DNA of 39,386 nt from contig DASZLH010000118.1 of the NCBI GenBank assembly GCA_035552495.1, positions 1 through 39,386 on the forward strand. Reading direction: 5' to 3'. The notes under the pieces are model-generated. The model worked only from the letters and a program-made list of their open reading frames with translations, made no database searches and was not told the DNA's origin. This DNA is from Candidatus Kapaibacterium sp. GTDB taxonomy: Bacteria; Bacteroidota; Ignavibacteria; Palsa-1295. Of this stretch, positions 8,661 to 18,587 are shown piece by piece. How positions within the stretch are numbered: the stretch's first letter is position 1; the number at the start of each line of letters is the position of its first letter. Made by a program: the position numbers and the translations under genes.

Positions 8661-11600
8661 CTATTTAAGAATACTAATATTTCGAGTGGATACAATTCGC
8701 CCTCCAATTACAAGCGAGATTTCATACGATCCCGATGCTCTGGGAAGGTCACTAACAGTCATACTCTGATCTCCAACAGAGAGCGCAATGGGAATGCTCT
8801 TTATGATGGCTCCCGTCATAGCAACAAACCGCAGTTCGCCATTCGCTTTTATTTGGCTTTTAAGCAGAACATCGATCGATGAAGAGGCTGGATTTGGTGA
8901 GATGCTTTCGATTTGTGCTTCGAGAGCGTCATTCATTTCCGCACGAAGAATGGGCGTTCCGCATGTATCTCCAACAACCACGAGTCCATCGTGTGTGATG
9001 GAAGAAGAAATCCCTGGGGCATTCGTAATCGAAAGATGGACAACAGTGCTATCGTGCTTTGCCAAATAGGTCATGAATGGGATCTGGACCGAGGTAATGC
9101 CGAAACTCAGCGCAGGAGAAAATGCTGGCGTGCGCCGATTTAATTGCGCCTGCATATTTCCCGGCGTGCCACTCATCGAAATATCATAGAGACAAATGCC
9201 GGTATCGGGCGATCCCACTCTGCAGGTAATGACACTGCCAAGCGAAATCACATCAGGATCGTACTGAATTGAAAACGCGATAGTATCGAGATTGATCGGC
9301 TTAGGCGTTGCGTCAATGGAGAGATGCAGGTTTCCGCCGATACCCTGATGCGCCACGCTCGCAGTATCTAATGATAAGCTAAGAACGCCAGTCGATTGCC
9401 CGCTTAATGTAATCGAGCCAAGGTGCGTCGTGTCCTGCATTAAAGTCGAAACTGCATTCCATGTCCCGAGCAGATTGGGGTGGAATTCAAATGTGACGGG
9501 CTGTGTGGCGTTTGCAGCAAAAGTGATCGGACTGGGAGTTACCAGTGTAAAGATAGAATCATCTCCAGCTGGTTGCGAAATATCGAGCGTTATTGGAATA
9601 TCGTTTGGATTTGTAAGCAAGAGTGTGCGCTGTATTGTGGCCGGTGCAACTACACTCCCAAAGTCGATCGTGCTGTCACCAAACGGTATGATCGGAATGC
9701 CAGTGAAATTGGCGGTGAGCAGCGTTTCATGTCCCACGCTGTCGATGACCGAGACCGTCATCGTGGCGTCCTGTGTTCTGTCGGTGACAGTAACGATTAT
9801 CGAAGCATGATCGGCGTCTGCAAAGAGGGGTGGGGAAGCTGTAACATTCGTGCTTGTTGGCAATAGCGTGAGGGATTCGACGCCCCGGTCCCACGGTCGT
9901 ATTTCGGTCGTGCTGAATTGGAAAGATGTCTTTGTAACAGTCGTATAGGTGAGCAGCGGTGGAAACGTATCTGGCAGCGGGGAATAGTGCATTGTATCCC
10001 GCGTGTAATTGTAGAGACTATCGTAAGCCTCGACCATTGCTGTAGCCGGGTAGAGTGAATCCGAGATTGCTGCGCTCACATGGACTTCGCGAATCGAAAT
10101 CCAGTTTTTGGCAGGAAAAGCCATGTTGGAAAGCGGCGTTACTGTTACGGTGCGAATGCCTTTATCGAACGCGCGCATTTCTGTGAAGACTCCGGTAAGC
10201 ACGACGCGGGGTTCCGCGAGCGCATTCTGAGCAAAAACAGGAGGTAGTATATCCGGCTGATTAGGATTACTGCTTATGCCAAAATACGCAATGCAGTTGC
10301 GGCTCGTGTTTCCAACAGAGTCCTGCGCTATAAGGCAGCCCGAAGCAGAGTCCTGGAGATTCAAAACATGTAAATATGCGCGGGCGAATTGCTTGTTTGA
10401 ATAGACGACGCTATCGAGAACGAGATTAGCTGCTCCCGCTGCGAGAACGACGGATGCAATGCCACGGTCCCACGGAAGCAATTCCTCGATAGACTCGACG
10501 TATAACCCATTGACGAGCGAAGGAAGCCCAAGTTGGGGTGGATTGGTATCCGGCTTCGGGTTGTAATGAATGTAAACTCTCGATATATTTCCGGCGGAGT
10601 CGCGCGCGATATAATAGCCGCTCGCAGGATAGAGGGAATCGGCTACGCCGATCGAATCGCTTGCGGAATCGGAGCCAACGATCGGAGATCGGATACTTCT
10701 AAAATTTTGGAGCGCAGAATCTGTTAGTTGCATCATTCCAGACTCGCATGGAAATGGATCGTATGCGTGAATGACTCGCGTGGTAAAACGAGAGGAATCG
10801 ATTTGAAATCGTGGGGGAATGGTATCTTTTGAGGCACTGCCCAACGTGTAACTTGTATAATCTTTGAGTTGATGTTTCTGATAATTAACATCGACTTCTA
10901 TGGTGTGTTTCTTCCACCAAGGACATGGCGCATGGCTGACGTAACGCAGCGTGCAATGCTCGCTGAAAATCAAATTCGAAATTGCGAGCATGGTGGGAGT
11001 GTACATGCTTGGATCAGTAGCAGCGAAATACGCCCCGCCAGTTCCTTCTGCCAGAACGATGTTATTATAATTTGTGGTATCGCGAGCGACCTCCATGATG
11101 AACAAAGTAACGCCATTTGCTTGCAAATAATGTTGGACACTATCGGCCTGCAAATATATTGGGATATTGTTACGTTCGGAAACGCCATCATCCGTAGCAA
11201 GTATGATGACTTTCCTCGGTAGCATGCTTTTGCTTAAGAGTTGCGTAGCCGCAATCAGACCTGACGCAACATCCGTACCTCCGTAGAATGATAAATTCGT
11301 GAGGTGTTGGACGAATGCAGTTGTATCCGGCCCGCTGGCCGAGCTATAAAAATTTTTTGGTGGGCCGGGATAGGAATACGTTGAAGAATCGGCGAATGGT
11401 ACGAGCGCAATGTCGGATGGGGCAGGAACATTCGCAATAAATTTTGAATAGCTGTCGAAAAATTGAGCGTAAGAGCGGTTTGAAATTGGGCCAGTGCTAA
11501 CGCTTGCATCCATGGAATTACTGGTATCGATCACGAACGCAATCGCCGCACTCGATGAGCCTCCGCATCCGAACAAATCGAAGACATTGACTTGAAGACC

Positions 11601-11804
11601 GTCTTCTTTTATGGCAAAATCGGACGGGGAAATAAGGGATGCCGGTTTTCCGCTATCCGTGACGCTAATTCCAATCCGGACTACGGGAAAGCTATCGATG
11701 TTCGGCGTGTCAATATTGAATACGAGTTGAGCGTTCGAACTTTTAGGCAGCATTAATATTGCCCAAAGTAAAAATAGCGCTCTATAATATGACCGAAGGG
11801 ACAT
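8661..11804 (-). CDS. large secreted vWA-domain protein with a T9SS C-terminal sorting domain
   Basis: 1047 aa with a signal peptide (LFLLWAILMLPKSSNAQ) and a MIDAS-like AFVIDTSNSM motif. Four internal modules of about 100 aa follow. The C-terminal roughly 80 aa (ISPNPASSSIDV...ISILK) resemble a Por/T9SS sorting domain. Confidence 0.8.
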   Translation of the reverse strand: MSLRSYYRALFLLWAILMLPKSSNAQLVFNIDTPNIDSFPVVRIGISVTDSGKPASLISPSDFAIKEDGLQVNVFDLFGCGGSSSAAIAFVIDTSNSMDASVSTGPISNRSYAQFFDSYSKFIANVPAPSDIALVPFADSSTYSYPGPPKNFYSSASGPDTTAFVQHLTNLSFYGGTDVASGLIAATQLLSKSMLPRKVIILATDDGVSERNNIPIYLQADSVQHYLQANGVTLFIMEVARDTTNYNNIVLAEGTGGAYFAATDPSMYTPTMLAISNLIFSEHCTLRYVSHAPCPWWKKHTIEVDVNYQKHQLKDYTSYTLGSASKDTIPPRFQIDSSRFTTRVIHAYDPFPCESGMMQLTDSALQNFRSIRSPIVGSDSASDSIGVADSLYPASGYYIARDSAGNISRVYIHYNPKPDTNPPQLGLPSLVNGLYVESIEELLPWDRGIASVVLAAGAANLVLDSVVYSNKQFARAYLHVLNLQDSASGCLIAQDSVGNTSRNCIAYFGISSNPNQPDILPPVFAQNALAEPRVVLTGVFTEMRAFDKGIRTVTVTPLSNMAFPAKNWISIREVHVSAAISDSLYPATAMVEAYDSLYNYTRDTMHYSPLPDTFPPLLTYTTVTKTSFQFSTTEIRPWDRGVESLTLLPTSTNVTASPPLFADADHASIIVTVTDRTQDATMTVSVIDSVGHETLLTANFTGIPIIPFGDSTIDFGSVVAPATIQRTLLLTNPNDIPITLDISQPAGDDSIFTLVTPSPITFAANATQPVTFEFHPNLLGTWNAVSTLMQDTTHLGSITLSGQSTGVLSLSLDTASVAHQGIGGNLHLSIDATPKPINLDTIAFSIQYDPDVISLGSVITCRVGSPDTGICLYDISMSGTPGNMQAQLNRRTPAFSPALSFGITSVQIPFMTYLAKHDSTVVHLSITNAPGISSSITHDGLVVVGDTCGTPILRAEMNDALEAQIESISPNPASSSIDVLLKSQIKANGELRFVAMTGAIIKSIPIALSVGDQSMTVSDLPRASGSYEISLVIGGRIVSTRNISILK

Positions 11805-11888
11805 TCCTGACCTCGATGTATTAATATATAGATGAGAACGGAGAATGCTTAAAGCATAATTCCTGAGATATAAACGCTCGAAATCTCT

Positions 11889-12410
11889 TTATAAGAATTT
11901 CAGTATATCCGGAAGAGTATGAAGAATTTTCGTCGCTTTCGGGATTTCTTCCGAATGAGGTGTGACGAGATACGCCGTTTTGGTACCAGCCCGGCTGCCC
12001 GCTTCCATATCCGACATGGAATCCCCGATCATCCAGCTATTCGCAAGGTCGAGATCCCATTTATCGGCTGCTTCCAGGAGCATCGCCGGAGAGGGTTTGC
12101 GTCGCAACGAGCTATCGTCGGTGTCGGTGCAATAAATAATGTCGTCGAACCGGATGCCGGCGGACTGAAATAAGGTGGCTTGTAGCTCCTCGTGAATGGA
12201 ATGAAGATCGGCTTCCGACATCAGTCCCAGTCCAACTCCGCGCTGATTTGTAATGATGATCGCTTTATAGCCACGCTGTTTGATTGCTTTTAGTACCGCG
12301 GCAACGTCAGGATTTAAGGCAAACTCCCTCCAATGCCGAACATATCCGCCAACAATGCGAGCGTTAACGACCCCATCACGATCGAAAAAAACAGCTCGAT
12401 TAGTAGGCAT
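11889..12410 (-). CDS. gmhB: HAD-IIIA phosphatase, D-glycero-D-manno-heptose-1,7-bisphosphate phosphatase-like
   Basis: Contains VFFDRDGVVN, ITNQ and IGDSMSDMEAG motifs. ATG 12410 (MPTNRAVFFDRDG) is preferred over GTG 12422. It overlaps the upstream gene end by about 11 nt. Confidence 0.75.
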   Translation of the reverse strand: MPTNRAVFFDRDGVVNARIVGGYVRHWREFALNPDVAAVLKAIKQRGYKAIIITNQRGVGLGLMSEADLHSIHEELQATLFQSAGIRFDDIIYCTDTDDSSLRRKPSPAMLLEAADKWDLDLANSWMIGDSMSDMEAGSRAGTKTAYLVTPHSEEIPKATKILHTLPDILKFL

Positions 12411-14037
12411 TCTTATCGCCACGAATCACATGGACGATCGTACGCCCGACAAGAGTAATATCCAGCAGGAACGACCAGTTTTCGATGTAATAGAGATCGT
12501 GTTCGATGCGGCGCTGCATTTGTTCGGGCCGGTGTGTTGCGCCACGGTAACCATTGACCTGCGCCCATCCCGTCACGCCCGGTTTTACAAAATGCCGGAC
12601 CATGTACTGCGAGATAATATTGCGATAGTCTTCCGTATGTTTTAACATGTGTGGGCGCGGCCCGACTACCGACATTTCGCCTTTCAGCACGTTCCAAAAT
12701 TGCGGTAATTCGTCCATGCTCGATCGCCGAAGGACGCGCCCGATTGTGGTGAGGCGCGAATCATTTTTCGTCGCCTGTAGTGTATCGGCTAGGTTGGAAT
12801 GTTCCGTTCGCATGGTGCGGAATTTATAGCAGGTAAATGTCCGCCCGTCTTCGCCGGTACGCTCTTGTTTGAAAAAGATAGGTCCGCGCGATGTAAGTTT
12901 GATGAGCAACGCGCTAAAGAGAAATACCACCGGAAAAATGACGAGAAGAATGCCGAGGCTGAACACAATATCGAACGATCGTTTGGCTAACCGATTTGTC
13001 CAAAGGTCCAGCGGCGCTTCGCGCATGTGGACAAGCGCGAACTCGCCAACCTGTTCGATCGTATGCGAAACACCAGTGCCCGCAGATAAGCCGGAGAGGA
13101 AGCCATTGCCGAAACTCATGTTATTGGGGAGCAGCGCCACTCGAATGCACCGATTTTCGCATTCGGTCACCAGTTTTGCGATCGTTGCTTCGCTGGCAGT
13201 CGGCAGAGCGATAATGACCTCATCGACGGTCTCCCTGGTTGCGACACGGTCTAAGTCCGGGACTTTGCCGAGTATCATCGGGCGTACCTTGCTATCGATT
13301 CCATTATCGTCCAGGAATCCTATCACACGGTATCCATAATGCGGATTTTCCCGAACGGTATGATAAAACCGCTCGCCCGAATTTCCTGCGCCAATTATTA
13401 ATATATTCCTTTTAGGAGCTTTTTGCTGCCGGACGGTTGCGGCAGTCGATTGCACAATGATTCGAAAAAACACGAGTGCGACGGGCGCAGAAACAAGCAA
13501 ATAGGCGAGGAACAGACGAGAATAATAATTATAGCCGCCGCGCGCAACGACGAATAATAACAGACTACCTGCCAATAGTAACCCTGCACGTCCCGCGAGG
13601 CGAATTTCTTCGAGTCCTGTTCGCCCACGCTGCGATGCATATAATTTTAATAGAATGGCGATTACGATCCAGAGCAGGTTCATAAAAATTTCCAGCTCGG
13701 GATAGATCGACCAGGGCGCACCTTGTAAGAGATCGTTGCTCGATGGCACCAACGCGCCAAATCGCACGACCAGCATTACATGGAACAGCACATTAAGGAT
13801 TGCCAGATCGGCAAGAAACTCGAAAAAACGAAGGACAGGCTCGCGTTTAGAACGCAGCGCACCGGGAAGTGCTTTCTGATGAGAGTAAAAAGGAGGGGAG
13901 CCTGCGAGATTTCCGGAAGGAATATTTCGAACAGGTTGATTTATATTTACGGACTGATCTACAAATTCGGCAGCATGGTCCACTACGCGACGTGGTGTAC
14001 CGTTAGCGATCGATTCGCGTGCTGTCGATTCGTTCAT
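12400..14037 (-). CDS. polyprenyl glycosylphosphotransferase (WcaJ/WbaP-like initiating sugar transferase)
   Basis: 545 aa with N-terminal TM helices. The C-terminal bacterial sugar transferase domain contains PIFFKQERTGEDGRTFTCYKFRTM and DELPQFWNVLKGEMSVVGPRP. Confidence 0.9.
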   Translation of the reverse strand: MNESTARESIANGTPRRVVDHAAEFVDQSVNINQPVRNIPSGNLAGSPPFYSHQKALPGALRSKREPVLRFFEFLADLAILNVLFHVMLVVRFGALVPSSNDLLQGAPWSIYPELEIFMNLLWIVIAILLKLYASQRGRTGLEEIRLAGRAGLLLAGSLLLFVVARGGYNYYSRLFLAYLLVSAPVALVFFRIIVQSTAATVRQQKAPKRNILIIGAGNSGERFYHTVRENPHYGYRVIGFLDDNGIDSKVRPMILGKVPDLDRVATRETVDEVIIALPTASEATIAKLVTECENRCIRVALLPNNMSFGNGFLSGLSAGTGVSHTIEQVGEFALVHMREAPLDLWTNRLAKRSFDIVFSLGILLVIFPVVFLFSALLIKLTSRGPIFFKQERTGEDGRTFTCYKFRTMRTEHSNLADTLQATKNDSRLTTIGRVLRRSSMDELPQFWNVLKGEMSVVGPRPHMLKHTEDYRNIISQYMVRHFVKPGVTGWAQVNGYRGATHRPEQMQRRIEHDLYYIENWSFLLDITLVGRTIVHVIRGDKNAY

Positions 14038-14039
14038 GG

Positions 14040-15515
14040 CTATGTCTTACTGTTTGCATGCGTCAGTCGCGTATGCGCGATCTCGAAAAAACCAGGGACG
14101 ATTTCACGAATAATGCTATCGAGCGAGTGGTAAACATGCTCCCATGTATAGCAGGATTCAATTAACTCACGCGAATTGCGCGCAAGCCGAAGCGCTTTTT
14201 CGTCATTTTTAAGTAAGGAGAGAGTTGCTTCGATCATTTCCTGATCGGTGGTGCGGATAAGTGCATTGACATTATCTTCGAGTCCCTCGATTCCGGATGC
14301 CCCGACGGGTGTCGTGACGATCGGGGTGCCCATGGCCATGGCTTCGAGCAATTTATTCTGAATGCCTGCTCCGACGGTCTGAGCATGTACTAACACTTTG
14401 CAACTTCTCAAAAATGGACGAATATCTTTCACATCCGGATGTAACTCCGCGCCGGGCGTTCGTTCGACTAATTTCTGCAATTCTTTGCCTGGAGATTTTC
14501 CGACGATAGCGAGCTTGGTACGCGGCGAGACTTCCCGGATTTTCGGATAAATATTTTTGAGCAGCCGAGTCGCCATAAGGATATTATGGTAGGTACCGAG
14601 ATGCCCGAAAAATATTAGTTTGTCTTCCCGTTCGCCGGCGCAGAATTCATACTCCGAGAGTGAAACGCCATTCGTCAGAATACCAGTCGGTAGGTTCGGA
14701 TCGGCTAAGCGAATTCGGCGCTCGTCCACTTTGGAGACGAACGTCACGCGAGCAAAACCTTCGGACATCGCTTGCGGCTCATACGATTGCAGCCGTTCGG
14801 CATCGATCTTTCGAACGAAATACTGAATCTGGTCGGTCAATCGGCTGATGACCGAGTATTGTTCGATCGCGCGCTCTTCGAGGATCACGCGCGCATCTTC
14901 GGCGACGAGCAGCTTCGGCGTTGCCGTATGATCGCGGACGAACATGGCCGTCCGCAAAAAGAAGCAAATTATAAGATCGTAATGGTTCGATGCCAGTGCT
15001 TCATCGACCGCGCTCTGCATATCGGCATCGTTGTAATACGCGAACTCGATCGGAAGATCGGTCGGCAAATGCTTCGCGATACGCAGCGCAGCGCGGCGCT
15101 TGTTGAACGGAATCACGCGGACGTCAGCAAATACTTCGAGTTCCGGCACCGTGTCAGCATTGGCGGAGCGTGCTTCGTCGAGCGCGATGAGATCGACACG
15201 CGCGATCTTCGAAAGATGCTTAACAAGATGATACGCTTTGATCCGGTCCCCCCCGATGAGCGGATATGGAAATCGGTAGGAAAGAAAAAGAATACGCGGC
15301 ACGGCGTGTCCATTCTCGCGCAATTTCTGATGCTGAGGCATACCGTTCTTAACACTCTGCCCGTTCATAGTTGTATGATCGTTGAGCATTCCATTATCCG
15401 AGTACGTGTTCGTATCGTTACCATTACGATGGGGCTTGTTATCGATCGGCCGCGTGTGGTCCTGGCCATTATGCGCGCCATTCTGAGATTTCCGATGATT
15501 GGGAGCAGCTAACAT
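14040..15515 (-). CDS. GT4-family (GT-B) glycosyltransferase with an Asn/His-rich N-terminal extension
   Basis: 491 aa with ATG at 15515. The C-terminal donor-binding motif is GAGIQNKLLEAMAMGTPIVTT. The first ~70 aa are low complexity (NGAHNGQDH...NGNDTN...), so the true start may be internal. Confidence 0.8.
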   Translation of the reverse strand: MLAAPNHRKSQNGAHNGQDHTRPIDNKPHRNGNDTNTYSDNGMLNDHTTMNGQSVKNGMPQHQKLRENGHAVPRILFLSYRFPYPLIGGDRIKAYHLVKHLSKIARVDLIALDEARSANADTVPELEVFADVRVIPFNKRRAALRIAKHLPTDLPIEFAYYNDADMQSAVDEALASNHYDLIICFFLRTAMFVRDHTATPKLLVAEDARVILEERAIEQYSVISRLTDQIQYFVRKIDAERLQSYEPQAMSEGFARVTFVSKVDERRIRLADPNLPTGILTNGVSLSEYEFCAGEREDKLIFFGHLGTYHNILMATRLLKNIYPKIREVSPRTKLAIVGKSPGKELQKLVERTPGAELHPDVKDIRPFLRSCKVLVHAQTVGAGIQNKLLEAMAMGTPIVTTPVGASGIEGLEDNVNALIRTTDQEMIEATLSLLKNDEKALRLARNSRELIESCYTWEHVYHSLDSIIREIVPGFFEIAHTRLTHANSKT

Positions 15516-16002
15516 TCAGTCGTTGGATTGCTGACGTATTTAACTATTCGTTCGAATGCTGGAAAGTACCCGAGACAGCGAGGATGTTTCATCCGACGCA
15601 AACCTCGCAAATGCTTCCTGTTTAAAGGAACCGCGAAGAGACAAAAGGTGACAGGTAATAATTCGTACCCTATTTTTTTGAGACACCGTCTTTTTATTCC
15701 TCACTGGCCAGTATTAATTACACACCCCAGAGCGCCGCACACCGCTCTCGGTGGTCCCACAGTCACCTATTGCGAAGCTCTGAAACTGAGAAATGGTCAA
15801 GAATCTTCCCGTTTTGAGACAACTTTACCAAAAAAATTAACGAAGGAAGCCAATTCCGGGCACGGACTGTCAGTCGTCCGCGGACCATTCGATCATAATG
15901 AACCTCAAATACAGTACAAAAATACCACTTAAGCAATCCAAAAACAATACAGGGATAAATTTATGACCTGCTTTCTGAGGGAAGAAAAGTTGATTTTTCT
16001 CC

Positions 16003-17046
16003 CTATACTGCCGAATGAGGAATGCTTACCTCCATAATGGAGTCGGTTTCATCATGCGATGGCTCGTAGCCATACAGCAGCGGATTTGCATCGAGGAATC
16101 GCTCCGCATCGATGGCTGCAATGCAGCCAGATCCCGCAGCAGTGACCGCCTGCCGATACACATGGTCCTGACAATCGCCGCACGCAAAAACGCCAGGGAT
16201 ATTCGTGAACGACGTTTTTCCCTTCGTCTCGATATAGCCGATTTCATTCATGTCGATGAGCCCCCGAAATAGCTCCGTGTTGGGAGCATGACCGATTGCG
16301 ACAAATATCCCATTCGTAACGACGTCTTCTTTTTGGCCAGTCTTTGTATTCTGGAGCACTGCGCCCGTAACAGTCTTACGTCCTTGAGCGTCGGTCTGCC
16401 CGCAGACTTCGACGATCTCCTGATCGGTGCGCCAGAGTATTTTCGGATTTCGTCGCGCCCGGTCCAGCATAATCATCGATGCGCGAAATTCATTGCGTCG
16501 ATGAACGATCGTGACGGTATTTGCAAAGCGCGTCAGATAATTCGCTTCTTCCATTGCCGTATCGCCGCCGCCCACGACCAGCACATCCTGATTGCGAAAG
16601 AAAAATCCATCGCAGGTTGCGCAGGCGCTCACACCATAACCCATATAGATCTGCTCGGATGGAATATCCAACATTTTCGCGCGCGCGCCCGTCGCAATGA
16701 TAATTGTCTCCGCGTGATATGTTTTCAAACCGGCCTGCACGGTGAACGGACGTTTGGAAAGATCGACGCCAGTGACGGTTTCGAATTTCGAGACCGCGCC
16801 AAATCGTTGCGCTTGTTTGCGAAGGATCTCCATCATTTCCGGCCCCTGAACCCCATGCTCGAAGCCAGGATAATTTTCGACTTCAGTAGTGATGGTGAGC
16901 TGCCCGCCTGGCTGTTCACCTTCGAAGACAATGGGATTCAGGTTTGCGCGCGCGCTATAGAGCGCAGCCGTAAAACCCGCCGGCCCGGAGCCAACGATAA
17001 TAATCTGATGGACGTCTTCACGGTTAAAATGGGTGCGAGAGCTCAT
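16003..17046 (-). CDS. trxB: thioredoxin-disulfide reductase
   Basis: 347 aa with an FAD motif (IIVGSGPAG) and the redox-active CATC ([11 protein letters not shown]). It has short N- and C-terminal extensions relative to my expectation of about 310-320 aa. Confidence 0.9.
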   Translation of the reverse strand: MSSRTHFNREDVHQIIIVGSGPAGFTAALYSARANLNPIVFEGEQPGGQLTITTEVENYPGFEHGVQGPEMMEILRKQAQRFGAVSKFETVTGVDLSKRPFTVQAGLKTYHAETIIIATGARAKMLDIPSEQIYMGYGVSACATCDGFFFRNQDVLVVGGGDTAMEEANYLTRFANTVTIVHRRNEFRASMIMLDRARRNPKILWRTDQEIVEVCGQTDAQGRKTVTGAVLQNTKTGQKEDVVTNGIFVAIGHAPNTELFRGLIDMNEIGYIETKGKTSFTNIPGVFACGDCQDHVYRQAVTAAGSGCIAAIDAERFLDANPLLYGYEPSHDETDSIMEVSIPHSAV

Positions 17047-17085
17047 AAAAATTAGGAATTAAGATTTAAAAATTAAGAATTAAAG
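17047..17085. repeat. AT-rich heptamer array (AATTARR x5); left arm of an inverted repeat bracketing queG
   Basis: The sequence aaaaattaggaattaagatttaaaaattaagaattaaag sits directly next to the trxB ATG. Its first 11 nt are the exact reverse complement of part of 18163..18190. Confidence 0.6.
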
Positions 17086-17113
17086 CTTGTCAAACCAATT
17101 GGAAGTGAAGAAT

Positions 17114-17207
17114 GTCATTCCCGCGAAAGCGGGAATCCATGTTTTCGAGGTCAATTCTAATTATCGTTTTATCGAAAAGTCTGGATTTCCACTTTCGCGG
17201 GAATGAC
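17114..17207. repeat. MITE/REP-like element: two inverted copies of a 26-nt palindromic unit
   Basis: gtcattcccgcgaaagcgggaatcca (17114-17139) and tggatttccactttcgcgggaatgac (17182-17207) are reverse complements except at 2 positions. Each unit is itself a hairpin (tcccgc gaaa gcggga). Confidence 0.8.
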
Positions 17208-17220
17208 AGGGCTGGAGGCT

Positions 17221-18153
17221 TTAATTGTTTTTATATGTATGAAGGTTTCGTTTCAAACCGGCAAGTTTCGCACGCTTGATGGGCGACTTCCGAAAACGTT
17301 TCGAAAACTCTTCTTGTGCCATACTTTCGATTTCATTTCGAGTTAACGAAATAACTTCCGGGCGCGGGGCAAATTCTTCGATCGAAGTCTGGCTGGCAAA
17401 GCGATTCCACGGACAAACATCCTGACAGATGTCGCAGCCATAGATCCAGCCGTCCATATTATTTGCAAGCTCCGATTCAATTTCCTGCTCCGGCTTTAAT
17501 TCAATGGTCAGATAAGAAATGCAACGCCTCGCATCGAGTTCATAGGGCGCGACGATAGCGTTCGTAGGGCAGGCATCGATACAACGTGTACACGTTCCGC
17601 ACAGGTCTTCGGCGGGTGTGTCTGGTTCAAGCGCTATATTCAGTATAATCTCGGATAGAAATATCCACGATCCTACCTCGCGTGTAATGACATTCGTATG
17701 TTTACCCATCCAGCCAATCCCGGCCCGGACGGCAATCGCCTTTTCGAGCAGTGGTCCGGTATCCGTGTAATATCGCCCTTCGGCATTGGGATCGATCTGC
17801 TTAATCTCTTCGAGAAGGCGCCGCAACATTGCAGGAATAATTTCATGATAGTCGGTGCCCCATGCATAACGTGAAATCTTATGGTCCGACACATTATCGA
17901 TTTCCGTTCGATCATAATAATTCAGCGCAAGTGAAAGAATGCTTTTGGCCCCCGGCATAATCTCGCGCACATCTCGACGCTTTTCCGCATTACGTTCGAG
18001 CCAGCTCATCGTGCCATGTGCGCCATGTGCAACCCACGATTCGAAAAAATCTGCTTCTCGGTCAAAAGCTTCGGCGGTTGTCACGCCGATTGCAGTGAAA
18101 CCGATTTCGAGTGCCTTCTGCTTAATGACACGAGTGATTTCCCGTGTGTCCAT
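17221..18153 (-). CDS. queG: tRNA epoxyqueuosine(34) reductase
   Basis: Contains ISRYAWGTDYHEI and two 4Fe-4S motifs (CGTCTRCIDACPTNAI, GCDICQDVCPWN). The longest ORF begins at TTG 18177; ATG 18153 (MDTREITRVIKQKA...) is preferred. Confidence 0.9.
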   Translation of the reverse strand: MDTREITRVIKQKALEIGFTAIGVTTAEAFDREADFFESWVAHGAHGTMSWLERNAEKRRDVREIMPGAKSILSLALNYYDRTEIDNVSDHKISRYAWGTDYHEIIPAMLRRLLEEIKQIDPNAEGRYYTDTGPLLEKAIAVRAGIGWMGKHTNVITREVGSWIFLSEIILNIALEPDTPAEDLCGTCTRCIDACPTNAIVAPYELDARRCISYLTIELKPEQEIESELANNMDGWIYGCDICQDVCPWNRFASQTSIEEFAPRPEVISLTRNEIESMAQEEFSKRFRKSPIKRAKLAGLKRNLHTYKNN

Positions 18154-18162
18154 ACCTTCCTG

Positions 18163-18190
18163 ATTCCTAAATTCCAAATCCTAATTTTTT
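18163..18190. repeat. AT-rich heptamer-type array; right arm of the inverted repeat bracketing queG
   Basis: The reverse complement of attcctaaattccaaatcctaatttttt is aaaaaattaggatttggaatttaggaat. This matches the left arm (11-nt exact core aaaaattagga, with further purine-transition differences). It overlaps the last codons and stop of the Rieske gene. Confidence 0.55.
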
Positions 18191-18586
18191 CTCCGGCTCT
18201 TCGACCCAAACCTCATCGTCCACAATCTTGACTTCGTACGTTTCAACGCATCCACCACCGCCGATCATTCGGCCTGTTTGTATTTCGAACGCCCAGCCGT
18301 GTAGCGGGCATGTGACTATGAGCGCAGCTTTATCGACAAAACCCGATGCCAGCACCGGCGAATTCTCATGCGGACACATATTCGAGATTGCATGGACTTT
18401 CCCCTGGATGAGAAAAATCGCGATCTCATCGTGCTCGCAAACAATCACTTTTCCCCGGCTGCCATTCGCTGGAATTTCCGAGAGCTTACACGCGTAAATA
18501 AACGCACGCGGGCCGGACTGCGATTGGCCGTTTAATTCGCGGCGGGCCTCTTCGAGGGCATCGTCATCAATATCGTAATCGGACAT
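18167..18586 (-). CDS. Rieske (2Fe-2S) domain protein (NirD-like small ferredoxin)
   Basis: Has the CPHENSPV...CPLHGWAF cluster ligand pattern (CxH...CxxH). ATG 18586 (MSDYDIDD...) lies 1 nt after the MBL gene stop. The ORF-track start at 18601 is TTG. Confidence 0.8.
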   Translation of the reverse strand: MSDYDIDDDALEEARRELNGQSQSGPRAFIYACKLSEIPANGSRGKVIVCEHDEIAIFLIQGKVHAISNMCPHENSPVLASGFVDKAALIVTCPLHGWAFEIQTGRMIGGGGCVETYEVKIVDDEVWVEEPEKKLGFGI

Positions 18587-18587
18587 A

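Noticed and set aside
15528-15932. 134-aa ORF in the 487-nt gap between the glycosyltransferase and trxB
   Set aside because: Its composition is Arg/Lys/Pro-rich and random-looking, with no motifs. The region is more plausibly the promoter or leader of the polysaccharide genes. I also looked here for known structured RNAs (SRP, 6S, RNase P, tmRNA signatures) and recognised none.
15978-16004. Imperfect hairpin overlapping the trxB stop as a terminator (and the 6-bp palindrome at 23570-23584 after the kinase gene)
   Set aside because: The stems are short or bulged and are not followed by a U-run on the relevant strand, so the evidence is too weak to annotate.
14772-17055. 246-aa (14772-15512) and 255-aa (16288-17055) plus-strand ORFs
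   Set aside because: Both are codon-aligned antisense to the GT4 glycosyltransferase and trxB respectively, and neither has motifs of its own.
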